DNA of 56,706 nt, the filler included, from Sphacelaria rigidula (Eukaryota): the NCBI GenBank assembly GCA_964200075.2. It is 4 parts of 4 records of this genome, joined end to end, with 100 filler letters (N's around TTAATTAATTAA, not from the genome) between each part and the next. Parts side by side here need not be neighbours in the genome. Positions count along the whole stretch, not along the records: positions 1 to 14,102 come from CAXNAA020002456.1; positions 14,203 to 28,304 come from CAXNAA020002457.1; 2 more parts are not named here. One strand, written 5' to 3'. The translations under genes were made by a program, and so were the position numbers. Below the pieces are notes generated by a model, which saw only the letters and a program-made list of their open reading frames with translations, ran no database searches and was not told where the DNA came from. Shown here piece by piece: positions 12,771-25,727 of this stretch (within the stretch, counting starts at the first letter, position 1; the number at the start of each line of letters is the position of its first letter).

Positions 12771-12969
12771 GCGGATTGGGTCAGCACTCCCACACCGCGT
12801 CAACTCACGTCAAACAAACTCCGTCAACTATTTTGTTCACTCACGTTCTCACGCTTTCCACGGTAGAAACCGTATACTACGAAGGAAGAACCCAACGCAT
12901 CGGGAATCGAACCCTCGTTCTCTCCACCCTAGTGGCAACAGTCAGGCCATTACACCACCGGGGCGCGGC
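12771..12969 (-). mobile_element. tRNA-derived SINE family B, copy 1
   Basis: Minus-strand head gccgcgccccggTGGTGTAATGG...GGTTCGATTCCC carries pol III A and B boxes. Homologous to 14203-14400 and 17991-18201. Confidence 0.8.
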
Positions 12970-14102
12970 ACTTGAAGGTCGTCAAAAGGGGAGTTTTCAT
13001 GTTATTTTTTCTTCCCACGCCGGGATTTGTTTTGTCGAATTCCCGAAAAAAAACCCGTCCATATGCCTGGAACCAGAAAGAGGGGGGGAAGACAAAGCTT
13101 CCCTAGTCAAGACCTTCCTTAGAATGGTCGATTTGCATCTCTCTCCAGTACGCCGGGGCTTGAAAAATCCAATGCGTTAGTGTAGACGTTACCCCGAATA
13201 TTTATTTATTTATTTTGAGCACGAATTCCGAACGACGACGACCACCACCACCACCACCACCACAACGACAACGGTTTGGGTGACAAAACAGATATCGTTA
13301 TTCTCACGTTAGTGTCAGCAACGCGCATCCCAAATTTCAGGGCAATGGAGCAAAAGCTCACTTGTGCTGATTTCTCGCGCCAACCCGTTCCCTGACTACC
13401 GGCACCAGGCCGTATCGGATATGACGGCATAGTTGGAGGCACAGCACCCATACATGGGGATGATTTTGTAGCGAATTAAATTATTTCCGCCAAGCGCCAT
13501 TAAATTTATGGTCGAGCGTTCAAGATCGGCACCCGGCAAACACTGAGGACTCCGTTCAAAATCAACCGAAGAACTAAAACAAACATCTCCTGTTTCACTG
13601 CACTGCAGCACAAACACACTCACGCCCGGTCTCATATGTGCTGTAGCTATCACTGTTCTATGGTGTGCTTAGACCTTGCGAACACGATTTCGTCTCCGCT
13701 GAGAATACTTGAGGTGCTGTATGGTTGTGTTCATCTCTCTGTAAAATGTAGCATCAGTCGGGGCGCAGTGCGGTATACACATTTGACTGCCTGTTGAAAA
13801 GTTCATGTGACCCAGACTCATCACTTGCGCGATGCCGAACATGGCTGGGTAAAGACACACAACCAGCGCCGGTGTACACCGCTCGACCGGCTTCGGTCAG
13901 ATCCCGCGCTCCGATAAAAGGAGCAACGCACAGCCCAGTGCAGATATACTGCACCGCCAAGGTACTGCTTGCACCCGTCAGCATGGCGGCTGCGGCCGCT
14001 GGCATCGGCGCCAGCGCTCACGGTCACGGAGAGACACAACCAGCCATACTACGATTGGATTTTACCGACACACGAGCATCGCAATGGCCCACTATGACGG
14101 TA

Positions 14103-14202
14103 NNNNNNNNNNNNNNNNNNNNNNNNNNNNNNNNNNNNNNNNNNNNTTAATTAATTAANNNNNNNNNNNNNNNNNNNNNNNNNNNNNNNNNNNNNNNNNN
14201 NN
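14103..14202. other. Artificial contig linker (Ns around TTAATTAATTAA)
   Basis: 100 nt with a six-frame stop motif; identical linkers at 28305-28404 and 42507-42606. Confidence 0.98.
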
Positions 14203-14400
14203 CGGATTGGGTCAGTACTTCCGCACCGCGTCAACTCACGTCGCACAAACTCAGTCGACTATTCTGTTTACTCACGTTCTCACGCTTTCCACGGTGGAAA
14301 TTATACATTACGAAGAAAAAACCCAATGCATCGGGAACCGAACCCCGTTCTCTCCATCCTAATGGCGAAATTCAGACCATTATACCACCGGGGCGCGGCG
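14203..14400 (-). mobile_element. tRNA-derived SINE family B, copy 2
   Basis: Aligns by eye over ~200 bp with 12771-12969. Confidence 0.8.
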
Positions 14401-14689
14401 CATAGTAGTACGCGAGGCAAAACCCAAAACACCCCTAAATAGTTAGACCGCCCACTACTGTACACGTATTTCAGACCAGCGGTCGATGATGGAGTTTTTC
14501 GCCCACAATATCACAGCAGGGCAGCATTTTAGACCTGTGTTCCCACCCCTACGGTAAAAAATTATGCTCAATTATGCTCCTTATGTTGAAATTATGCTCG
14601 ATTATGCTATTTGCTGAAACGCTGTGCTATTTATGCTACCAAGGTGGAATTATGTCAGAAACTATGCAACATAATAAGTAGAAGCCTAG

Positions 14690-16892
14690 TTCCCGTTCGG
14701 TCTTATTTTCGGTTCGCTTCAATTCATAATATTGTTCCGGTTCGACCTATGTTTCGGTTCGCTTCAATTTTCGATGTTTCGGTTCGACCTATGTTTAAGT
14801 TCGCTTCAATTCATGATGTTTTGGTTCGGTCTATGTTCCGGTTCGCCTCAATTCATGATGTTCGAAGCTGTCCCGGTTCGGCCTATGTTTCGGCTTGCTT
14901 TATTACATGCTTGTTCCTGCTTGGCATATATTTTGTCTGGCTGTAATTCATGGTGTTGTTCCGGTTCGGCCTGTGTTTCGGTTCGCTGTAATTCATGATT
15001 TCCCGGTTTGACCTATAATTCGTTCTGCTTCAGTTTGTGATATTGTTCTGGTTTGACCCATGTTTCGGTTCGCTTCAACACACGCTGTTGTCCGGGTTGG
15101 CCCATGTTTCAGTCCGCTTTGATTTTTGGTGTTCCGGTTCGGTCTATGTTTGGGCTCGCCTTAATTAATACCACTGTTCCGGTTTGGCCTCTTTTTCGGT
15201 TCGCTTCAATTCATGTGGTTCCGCCTTCATTTCGGTTCGCTTTAATTTTAATATTCCGGTTCGGTGTATATCGACTCGCCCCAGTTCATGATACTGTTCC
15301 GGTTCGGCCCATTTTTCGCAGTACTTCAATTCATGATGTTTCGATTCAGTCTATGTTCCGGTTCGCCTCAATTTTATGACACTGTTCCGATTTGGCCTGT
15401 ATTGAAGCTCGCTTCACTTCATGATGTCCCGGTTTGGCCTATATTTCGGTTCGCTTCAATTCATGTTGGTCTGCCTTCATATCGATTCGCTTCAATTTCC
15501 AACGTTCCGGTTCGGTGTATGTCGGCTCGCTTCAGTTCCTGATATTCCGGTTCGGCCCATGTTCCGGTTCGTTTCGATTTCTGATATTTCGGTTCAGTAT
15601 ATATTTCGGTTCGCCTCAATTCATAATGTTGTTTCGGTTCGCTTTAATTAATGTTTACCCGCCTTCAGTCCGGTTCGCTCTAGTTCGTGTAACTGTTCCG
15701 GTTCGGCTCATTATTATTTCTTCTTCCGCCTAACTCCCTGATGTTCCAGCTCGGCCTATGTTTCGGTTCGCTTCAATATATGCTCGTTCCGGTTCGGCAT
15801 ATATTCCGGTTCGCTCTAATCTATGGTATTGTTTCGGTTCGGCCAAGGTTTCGGTTTGCCGTCATCCATGATGTTGACCCGGTTTGGGCTATGTTTCGGT
15901 TTGCTTGAACATACGCTGTTGTTTCGGTTGGCCTATATTTCGGTTCGCTGTAATTCATGGTGTTGTTCCAGTTCGGCTTATGTTTTGTTTCAACTCAATT
16001 CATGACACACTGTTCCGGTTTGGGCTATCTTTTTCGGTCCCCTTCAGTTCATGATCCGGTTGCCTCTATCCCGTTTTTTTTAATTTTCCGGTTCGGTCTA
16101 TATTACGGCTGGCTTCAATTCATCATACTGTTCCGGTTTGGTCCATGTTTCGGTTCGCTTCAATTCATGATGTTCCGGCTCGGTATATATTGCGGTTCGC
16201 CTCAATTCAAAGGGTTGTTCCGCTTCGACCCATGTTTCGTTTCACGTCAATTCATAATGCTTCGTCGCGGCTTATGTTTTATCTCGCTTCAGTATATGCT
16301 GGTTCAGGTCCGGCATGTATTTCGTTTCATCTCAATTCATGATGTTCCGGTTCGGCCTATTTTCGGTCCGCTTCGACTCATTTTGTTCCGTCCCGGCCCA
16401 TGTTTCGGTTCGCCTTAATTCATGATGTTGTCCCAATTCGGTCTATATTTTGGTTCGCTCCAATTCATGTGTTGTTCCGGTTCGTTCCTAATTCTGCTTT
16501 GCTTCAATTCATGATGTTCCGGTTCGGCCTTTGTTCCGGTTCGCTTTAATTTCGATGCTCCGGTTCAGCCCACGTTTCGGTTCGCTTCTGTTCATCATTT
16601 TTCGGTTCGGTCCATGTTCCGGTTCGCTTCAATTTTTCGTGTTCCGGTTTCGGTCTATATTTCGGTTCGCTCCAGTTCATGATGTTGTTGTGGCACGGCC
16701 CATGTTCCGGTTCGGCCTATGTTCTGGTTCGCTTCAACGTGTGCTCGTTCCGGTTCGTTTTTTTTTCGGTTTGCTTCAATTCATGACGTTGCTTTGGTTC
16801 GGGCTATGTTCTGGTTCGCTTCAGTATAAATAATTATTTCGGTTTGGTGTCTATTTTTGTTGACTTCAACTTACGCTCGTTCCGGTTCGATC
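14690..16892. repeat. ~2.2-kb diverged minisatellite, unit ~39-45 bp, consensus gatgttccggttcggcctatgtttcggttcgcttcaattcat
   Basis: Dozens of contiguous degenerate copies, each with two (c/t)cggttcg cores. All ORFs here are repeat translations. Confidence 0.95.
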
Positions 16893-17165
16893 TGATGCTT
16901 AATCGTCTTGATCCTTTTTGCAATACAGTACAGCACAGGGCGTTGCTACAATAGATCCTTGTCAAAGCAGCCAACGTGAGTCAAGCCAAGCATAGTCATA
17001 CAGTGTGCGTGTGGTCATGTGTCTGTGTCAGTTGAGTACGCTACACTACGTTATCTTTTTGTAGATTATGGTTGCAGTATCCACGAACGTATTGCAGTCC
17101 GTGAATATTCATCCATCTTTCGGGTGTTAGTGTTTGGTTGTACAGTACACTCATGAATGAATATA

Positions 17166-17790
17166 CGAGCTGGGCCAGCCTAGAGGCGGATTTGAAGTTT
17201 GTAGGCGAATGCACTAGCCAATACTTAGAGTAAGAGCGTAAAATTTGGTATGGACAGTGCATAGGACACAATTTTGTTTTTACAGAAGCACCAAAAGTTT
17301 TATTTTTGTTTTTCGTGAGTTGAGGGCATTTTAATGATACCTGAAAACTGATTTTTGCTCTCAACTCATGAAAGGAAAAAACTTTTGGCGCTTCCGTTTT
17401 TGTTTTTGTAATACCCTATGCATTAATTGTCCATACCAAATTTTACGCTCAAACTCTAAATATTGGTCGGAGCATTCGCCTTCTAAAAACCGGGTCGGTA
17501 GAAATTCGGAACAATATTTCGCAGGTCACTCACCAGCCCACGTTTGGTTTTTGTGTAATGAAATGTCGTGTGGGCTTTCGCTAGGGCATAATGTACAAAA
17601 CTCAGTGGGTCAGCTTTATTTTATTTTATTTCTTTTCACTGGTCTAGGGCGTTCTAGTATGGTAAAGACCATTTTTTCACGAGAACGCCCTCACCTTTAT
17701 GAAAATAATAAAAATTGAAGGCCCATATATATTTTAATTCGGCACATCTTCGTGGTTCTCCATGCTAAGGCTACTTCTCATGTATAAAAA
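17166..17790 (-). mobile_element. Truncated copy of the TA-CGAGCTGGGCCAGCC MITE family
   Basis: Begins ta|cgagctgggccagcctagaggcggatttgaag. Reverse complement of ~47950-48612, including the internal ~250-bp inverted repeat. Confidence 0.85.
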
Positions 17791-17990
17791 ACGTGATGAA
17801 GAAGGCCGTTTTTCAACAGCACGTTTTCCAACATAATTTTTTGAAGTAGGTCTTTTTACGTGATTGACGTTATTAATATTGGAAAAGCGGTGTTCATCGT
17901 TCTCTACAAGTCGTTTGGGCATAATTTCGAATTCTGGGGTGCGCGAGAGAGACACAACACTCTGCTGTCGTGTCGTGGTGTACGGTCTCG

Positions 17991-18201
17991 CGGATTGAAT
18001 AATGACTACCGTATCAGCACTCCCGCACCGCGTCAACTTTCGTCAAACAAACTCAACTATAGTACTCTTCGTTTACTCACGTGCGTACGCTTTCGACGGT
18101 GGAAACCGGATACGTCGAAGACAAAACCCAGCGCCTTGGGAATCGAACCCGCGTTCTCTCTACCCCAATGGTGACGGTCGGATCATTTCACCACCGGGGC
18201 G
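17991..18201 (-). mobile_element. tRNA-derived SINE family B, copy 3
   Basis: cagcactcccgcaccgcgtcaact...gggaatcgaaccc...caccaccggggcg as in the other two copies. Confidence 0.8.
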
Positions 18202-18452
18202 TGTTTTTTTTCCCCCTTGACAGGGGAAAAGAACCTCACACCCAATACAATACTTACCCCGCACGTGGGTTCGTGTGCCGATTACCCTGAGGCTCGGCTC
18301 GACAGACCACCGTGTGGCGGTCATATGGGGTAGGCAGGCGCCTCGAGCGTTCGGAAAGATTTGCTCAGGGCGGTGTGCGGGAGTTGAACCCACTAAAAAC
18401 CTCCTGTCAACTTGGCCGCCCACCTCTCACCAGCTCCGCGGCTCACTCGCTA

Positions 18453-18815
18453 TTTGTTGTTGTTGTTGTTGTTGTTGTCGTCCCCTCTATTCTGGACGCC
18501 GGTCTACACCTTTCGGTATATATCGGCGCACCAGCCGGGGTCACACAGGAGGAAGGTTAACACACGAGTTTTTTTTTTGTTCGTTTGTAGTACCCCGCCT
18601 TCCTTCTGCCGTGCTTGCCTTTATTTTTTATCGTGAGAGGGGTTCAGCAGTCCCTTTCCCTTGGACCGTCAAGTCGAATTGCGTGTACCCACGACATCGT
18701 CTCTCTCCACTGTTGGGCATGGTGTGAGAAAAAACCCCAGCTCGCTCCGAGATTCGAACCCACGGTCCAACCGTCTAAAGGTTTCCAGGTTACCAACTGA
18801 GCCACCAGGGCGGCC
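18453..18815 (-). mobile_element. Apparently full-length tRNA-derived SINE family A with (ACA)n tail
   Basis: Minus strand reads ggccgccctggTGGCTCAGTTGG...GGTTCGAATCTC (A and B boxes), a ~290-bp body, and a tail seen as (ttg)n at 18453-18478. Confidence 0.85.
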
Positions 18816-19726
18816 GTCAGTTAGCTAGTCTGTACCATATTTGGCGTGTGTACTTTATTTAAGGTTTTTTGCTGGCACTTGAATTGCAGTGGGGGGGTCA
18901 CAAGTCCCAAAAGCTGACTGTCCCGTCTGCTGTAGGGATACTACATTACTTCCACCCCGCGTCTCACGTTGCACCAATCGATCGGTGAGCTGTCCTGTCC
19001 TGTTCTGTCGTGTTCTTGGGCCCGTGGTAAAACGTGTTGTGTACGACATGCCGTATGTTTTCGTGGTGCGTTGTTTTTTAATACACTGGCGGCACATACT
19101 TTTTTTTTCTTTTGTAGTTGTGTAGTCGTTACCGCTGTCAATTGTGGATGTCGGCGTTGTCGAGCGGGTGGAGAGTGCTGCACCCATTCCGTCATCATCC
19201 AAAGCGGCCGTCGGAAACCCGGGGTTGTTAGTTGTGAGGTTTTCATACGATAGGAAGGTAGCTTAGAGATGAATAGAATGCAACTATAATAGAGCATAAA
19301 TGTCGAAGCGGCGATATAAAGAAGAAGTATCACAGCATCGAAAATAACTCCGTAAAAAAATTTGATGAACGTGATGTACAGATTGAGGCAACGACGCACA
19401 TGTATTATGTGAATAAATGTGTATTACGTCGAAACAACGGATAGACACGCGCATATCGCGTTTTCGTTTCAGAAGGATGTTCGTCTTTTTTTACATTTTA
19501 TCTCCTACTCATAACATTTTCTTGTGTTACTCCACCATTTTTATGATATATAGGATAATTATTACAAGATTTCCCTTCTCCTTTTGAGGGTTGGCGTCGG
19601 TTGGCAAGGACGCTGTTAAACACACCACTCACTGCGCAAGCTAGGCAACCAGTTTACCGTTTTTCCACCGCTTGACTTTTGTTTGTGGTAACCATGATGG
19701 GGATCGAATTACATCATTTTGTGCAG

Positions 19727-21042
19727 GGTGGAGAACCCAAACTCCGCGCGAAGGGGATGGTCATACTATAGTACGTAGTGTTTAATGGTGAGACACCCAT
19801 GAGGCACTTAGCGTGTAACCCGTGGCTGCATCTGGAAGTGGCGGTACCATCAAGTGAAGCAACTCGTTGTAGACTCTCATCCATATGCGAGGTAAGTCAG
19901 TACGCTTCGGGCCGAACAATCTTGGCGGGATGCAGCTCGCCCTTCATACGACTCGCCGAACACACCACGGCGCTTCGTGCCTGGTCATTGACTGCGAGCC
20001 TGGTCCGGCGAAAACCCGACGTGCTTCGTTCCGGCTTTGCAGGGATGCGAGGTCAGTGGTCTTGTGACTACGACATGCAGGATCATGACTACACCCCCCC
20101 TCCCCACGCCTTCCCCGTATTGTTGTGTGCGTTGTTAGGTTCCGACGACCTCAATCTCCCGAGGACGAAGCAAGGGATATCTTGTCTGGAGTGATTCTAA
20201 GTCACGTCCCGGTGGTGAGAAGATGATGAAGGAGTTATCTTGACAAATCTCAACGTTCTTCGTGACAAAAAGTGACTCCGTAGCAAGGGGCTGAGACCGA
20301 CCCCGAGAACGCTCTGCAGGCGCCCTTGCCATTCCCTACCCCCCCGGCATCAGGGTTCCAGATAGGGCACGGCGACGATTAAATGATACGAGTAAACTGT
20401 TATATAAAGGAACCGTTTTTCATCAATGAAAGACTGATGGTATGATTACATGAAACGGCAAAGGATGAACGATTCCGTGAGATTCACAAACGTTAGGTGA
20501 AGGGGAAACGACAGGAGGTACTGAGGTACGTTCATTGTCGAGTGTGGCATTCCTGGGGTAGTTTAGGTGACGGTCACCGTTCCTGTGTTCCCTCAACCCT
20601 GTGTCATTGCAGCGGGCGATGTTGTTTGCCGGGGGGGGCGAAATAGTGGATATGTATATTTTCGTGTGTATGTGTGATGAGCCGCGATCTGTTCCTACAT
20701 TTTTTTCTATTGGGTGAAGTGTGGTTTTTGCGCAAGACCGTTTTTACCAAAATCGTGTTGCATAGGCCGGCCATTTCTTGTTTGTTTGTTTCGGTTTGCT
20801 ATTTTCCTTTTCTTTGTTTCCTTACTACCGGTAAGAGATGGACTAATTGATCCCTTGAAACGCTGGACTGGTTCTGAGGCAGGGGATTAGGGGTTCATAG
20901 GGCGACAAAAAAAGGTCTCCACTTTGATTTTCGGCGAGTGTTTCCATTTTTCTTTTATCTCGAGTACGTCCATCATGTGGATAATGACCAGTCACGGCTG
21001 GATCTCCGGGGGATCAGTTGTGGTGTAGAAATCGATCGATCG

Positions 21043-21076
<34 letters not shown>

Positions 21077-22898
21077 GTGTGTGTCCATGGTGTGTACCTC
21101 ATATGTGCTAATTTATTCCCCATGCGGTGACCTTGAGTGGCAGGCCGATTGTTCACTTTTATTTTTTAGGAATGCGCGAAAAAGCGTTTAGCAGAGAAGT
21201 AATGGACAAGGTCGCATGCTGTAACTGTTCGTAATACAGGACTTCCTCTAGCTGTCATCGCTGTAGAGAGCATCGACACCTGCTTCTACGGCTTTTACTC
21301 CAAACCGTCTCTGGAGTGGGTGGCATTGACGTGCACCCCTATATACGCGGATAAATGGCGTGATTCCCAATTTTTTTTTCCTGACAAAGTTTATTCGTTT
21401 TCCCAAAATTTATGTCATCAGCAAAATGACTTACTTCTACAATACGTACACAATGGTCGCATCCCTGGTATCATGCTGACCGCCGTGGACAACTAAAGAG
21501 GGTGCCGTAAATGGATTTTTGTCGAAGGCTATAGATAGGGGTGGTGCTAAGGGCCAAAATATACCCCGATCAACCGGCGACCTTCGAAATGCCGTATCTT
21601 TTGTTTCTTCGTTCCCCGAACCTGCTATCTCCTGCTTGAGTGTTGTTGTCCGAACCGCATCCTCGTCCCGTTTTTTCGGCACCCTACACTTTCGTTTCTT
21701 GAATAAGAGTCGTTTTCCAACACTACCGTCTCTCTTTTTCCTTTTTAAATATACTCGTACTCGTTGGTAAACTACGGTGTCCTCCTTGATTCTTATCCTC
21801 CGAACTCCCGTTTCCCCCTTGATTCCATGTTTCAGAACGATACTCTCCTGCTCAGTGCCATTTACCAAATTTCCAAAACCGCCTCCTTCCTTCCCCCCCT
21901 TGTAATCTACTCTCTCCTTCTGCGGCAGGTGGGCTATGACTTCCGAGAGAAGATAATTTACACAGCGCACATCGTTCGAAGGGTGCTCATGACAGTCATC
22001 GATCCTACCACCGTGGATGACAAGGCGAGTCTTTCATGTCAGCTTGTCGACTGACACCAATAATAAGGGTCATTGTTCAAGGATGTGTTGGTTAAAGTAT
22101 ATACCCGAATATTTTTCCTCCCGAATATGGTACTGCGAGGGTCCGGTCTCCAAGTTCTATCCGAATACTGGGTAGACTTAAGTATTGCGATAGAGTTGAG
22201 TACGATCACAGTAACCTACCCGGTATCTGGGTGTTGTTGAACACGGTGTTCATACTATACCCAGGGTTTCGGGTACTTGGAGTACGATTTTTCGAACTAC
22301 CCAAATGTAGGAAATACCCTATTATACCCAACACATCCTTGCAATATTTTCAAGTGATGATGTTCTTGGTGACCAGGCAGTCACTACAATACACCGTACA
22401 TGTACACTACAAAAATGCGTGCAGAATTGCTATTCCTGCTGTTGCTTGTAGCGAGCGACGAGCTTCGCCGGTGCTCTTTTGCGTTGCCTTCTCTGACCCT
22501 GTCACTGGTTGTTTTGTTTTTCATACCCTGGACAATGGAGTACACTGTCAAAATCTATACTGTGTACAGTATCGACCACTGCGCCTATTGCAGCAGATAA
22601 TATATTCCATACTGTACGCAGTATGTTTTTTTTACAGTAGAATCTGTTGTCCAGGGTGTGTTGTTTTTGGTTCATTAGTTTTTTTTGTTGTAATACCAAA
22701 AAAGTGTTCCGAAAATATCATGGGCGTGTACGGAAACAAAACGCAGAAACATATATGTCGCAGAATTTGATGTTTGTCGGTGACGTGGATATTGCCGTAC
22801 GGAAATATCCGAGATTATCGTACCCCCTGGATATCGTCATTTACTTCAAGTCGGTCTTTGTTGAGCGGAGCAGAAGACCCTGCGGCACGGGGAAAGAA
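19727..22898 (+). CDS. Internal exons (19727-19770 tentative, 21929-22024, 22764-22898) of a putative GNAT-family acetyltransferase; ends not found
   Basis: Sites: gtgcag|...ATA|gtacgt; pyrimidine tract ggcag|GTG...AAG|gcgagt; cgcag|AAT...GAA|gtacgt. Joined peptide: ...HTI|VGYDFREKIIYTAHIVRRVLMTVIDPTTVDDK|NLMFVGDVDIAVRKYPRLSYPLDIVIYFKSVFVERSRRPCGTGKE, which ends in a motif-A-like V-x-V...R-x-x-G-x-G. Confidence 0.55.
21031..21075. repeat. (ATCG)n/(ATCA)n microsatellite, possibly a retroposon tail
   Basis: atcgatcgatcgatcaatcaatcaatcaatc... Confidence 0.9.
22078..22341. mobile_element. 264-bp MITE with perfect 14-bp TIR CAAGGATGTGTTGG
   Basis: caaggatgtgttgg at 22078 and ccaacacatccttg ending at 22341; internal taccc/gggta motifs; no clean TSD. 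Confidence 0.75.
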
Positions 22899-23205
22899 GT
22901 ACGTCAAGTTTATCGACAGCTCTCAACGAGGTCTTTGTCTATGACGTAGCTACGTGTGAAAACATAACCTGTTTGCCTTGGGATGATCGCTTGATATTTT
23001 TTCCCTTGAGGGGCGCGCTGAGATGGGTCGGTTGGTTGTTTTTGATCAACGGGTCTGATGGAAGGGTTGGGATGGATTCCGTGCTCGTGTGTGTGTGTGT
23101 GTGTATGTGTGTGTATGTATTTTGAACAAGGAGTAGAGAATATGGGTGTCATCAGCATCGCCGTTGTCCAGAAAATCGAGGTTGAAAATGGTGTTGCCGG
23201 AGGGA

Positions 23206-23618
23206 GGGGGAGGGGGGGGCGTACTAATTTGTTGCTTGCCTTAGTCGTTTGACCATTGACCACGCATCCCTCTCGAGACGGAGCATCGTTTCTACTCCTA
23301 ATAGAGACACCCCCTATATTCAGGCGCTCATTACGTTTCTTCCATACATGACACAAAAACCGTTCACACATCTTTTTCCCTTCCTGATTTGCCGTCTGTT
23401 GCCACCGGGGGCGGCAGGGGGAAGGGGTGTATTCATGATCTTGAATGCTGTAGTCATAGGATCATTGACCTCGCATCCCTACAAAGCCGGGACCGAGCAC
23501 GCCGGGTTTACGCCGGACCAGGCTCGCAATCAGTCACGAAGGGGGAGGAGGGGGTACTCATTTGTTGCTTGCCTTAGTCATTTGACCATTGACCACGCAT
23601 CCCTTTCGAGACGGAGCA
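23206..23618. repeat. Pair of ~80-bp direct repeats
   Basis: tact(a/c)atttgttgcttgccttagtc(g/a)tttgaccattgaccacgcatccct(c/t)tcgagacggagca at ~23220-23285 and ~23554-23618. Confidence 0.85.
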
Positions 23619-24272
23619 CGGATGGGGGAGGGCGGAGAGGAGAGTGCTACACTCGCTGGTTATCAAACATTCTTATTTAGTCATGATGCTGTGATGGTAT
23701 TGTGAGAACATGTTTCACTCCATTTCTCAAGCAACTCGAACCGGTTGTCTTCCGTGAGGAATCTGAGGCTACCACAAGTTAAGCGGGACGCCAAAATGGT
23801 GGGGGTTATAATAACAACAAAACTTTGATTAATACAGTACAGCATACTATGGTCAGCATACCTGGACCGTTCACTGCGAAGTGTGTGGGTGACGCAAACA
23901 CCCCGTCGGGGTAGTCACGCCTACCTACTGTCATCTGGATGATGACAATGGCTTGTACGAAGTGTTTCGTCGCTTCTTCACGTTCACCGTAGCCCCTGTG
24001 TTCATAGCATCGGCCATCAGGAAGATAACGGATCTCCGAGGCGAAACACATACGTGAGCATCATAGATATGTTTGGTAGATGTATACGGTATACGGGTAC
24101 TATCACTCGGCAATGACCTGTACCATATGCAGAAATGTATCGATTTTTGTTTTGGAGGGGCGATTCCAATGCTCATATAGTTGGCGAGTACATACTGATT
24201 CGAGGTGAACGCCGTTTTTTTTTCCCCGCCATTTCTCACGCAGGTTTTTGGAATTATGATCATGGACGTTTG

Positions 24273-24786
24273 CAAGGTTGTGTTCTGTAGGGTACGGTTT
24301 TCTGTATACCCGGGGTATTTTTCCGGGTATTTAACGTACCCGACACTTTCATACCGGTACCCGACAGTTCTGTAAGTCTGTAAGACTTTCATACCCTTAC
24401 CCGATAGTTCTGTCAGTTCTGTAAGCCTCCCGTACCGCTACCGGGGGCACTGGTATGCTCTGATAAGATACCCGGTTACGGGTACGGTTTTCTGTGCGGC
24501 CTCCGTAGCCTGCCCGACAGTTTCTGTGAGTTTTGTACGCCTCCCATACCCTTGCCCGATAGCTCTGTGACTTCTGTACATGATGTATGCCCGTACCCGG
24601 AGCGTGGGTATGCTCTTGGAGAAATACCCGATTGCCGGTACAGTTTTCTTTAAGCCTCCCGTATCGTACCCGACAAGTTGTGCGATTTCTGTAAGACTTT
24701 CATACCAGTGCCCGATACTTGTGTAAGTTCTATAAGGAATCCCATACCCTACATAACATACCCGTACCCTACAGAGAACGACCTCG
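24273..24786. mobile_element. hAT-like MITE rich in TACCCG/CGGGTA subrepeats
   Basis: TIRs caaggttgtgttctgtagggtacgg and ccgtaccctacagagaacgacctcg; flanks gacgtttg/gaattttg (6 of 8 match). The terminus resembles that of 22078-22341. Confidence 0.7.
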
Positions 24787-25727
24787 GAATTTTGCGCAAG
24801 TATACTTCAAAACTTTCCAGTAATGTTTTCTTCATTAATTTTTATTTCGCCGGATATCCGGGGTCCTGGGGGTGAGTCCCGGGGTCCGTATGGTCTCAGG
24901 AGACCCTCAAATATCTGGCAAGAGAAGAAAAAAACATTATTGAGTTTTGCAATATTATATCAGTACACGTATGCAAATTTTCAGGGTCAACCCTGAAAAA
25001 AAACGTGAGAAATCGCCCTTATGTGGCGTCGAGTGTAAAATAGTCTGCTGAACCCCGAAAATATACTTGATATTAGTACAAAACCGACAATTTTCTTTTT
25101 GCGTTCAAGCTCGCATCGACCGTTTGATATCAGATTTTTGAATATCTCAACGAACGTTGAACAAACATTCTTTGGACCACCTCAAGACGAGTATCATCTG
25201 TATTTTCCGTTGTGAGGCACTCTGTACCGGCTTCTGGGGGTCTTTACGCCGGGACCTCTGGGAGCCGGTAGAGAGCGAATAAACTCTGAAATACTTTTCC
25301 TTTTTTTTTTTCATTTGGATCACCCATTTTCACCAAACTGCCAAGTTTGAGGATGGTAGGTGCTTGTCTGAGTCTTCGATGCATTTCGTCGGTGGGAATC
25401 CGATGACCCCAAAACCCCATATTACCAAAATACCACGGTTTCGGGTATAGCTCGATAATTGTTTTCAAGTATCTTTTCTGCGTCAGATTATCCAGCTGAA
25501 GGCGGTTGTTAAGGGTTGACCCATGAGGAGGTCGGTCACAAAATTGTGTCGGAAATTCGCATTTTTATTTTCAGACCAATTTGAAGGCCTTTGATAAGCC
25601 AAGAAATAACCACTAGCGCCAAAGCAGAGAACCTCATAAAAGTTTCTGGCCATGTCACACTGTTCGCGTGCCCGTGGGGGTGGGTCAGTACGATACGAAG
25701 TATGCTTTCGTCGGATCAGTTTTTCTT

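Noticed and set aside
13983..14102. Possible first exon MAAAAAGIGAS...PTMT|gta joined to exons on the next segment
   Set aside because: It lies at a contig end and cannot be linked across the artificial linker; no recognisable domain.
14611..16833. Phe/Arg-rich repeat ORFs
   Set aside because: Translations of the minisatellite in shifting frames with frequent stops.
17911..17938. 28-nt micro-exon upstream of the GNAT-like exons
   Set aside because: Phase-compatible, but it needs an AAG acceptor and is too short to support.
18740..18815. Functional tRNA genes here and at 12895-12969
   Set aside because: A and B boxes are present, but I could not form a convincing cloverleaf and each head is attached to a dispersed repeat body, as expected for SINE heads.
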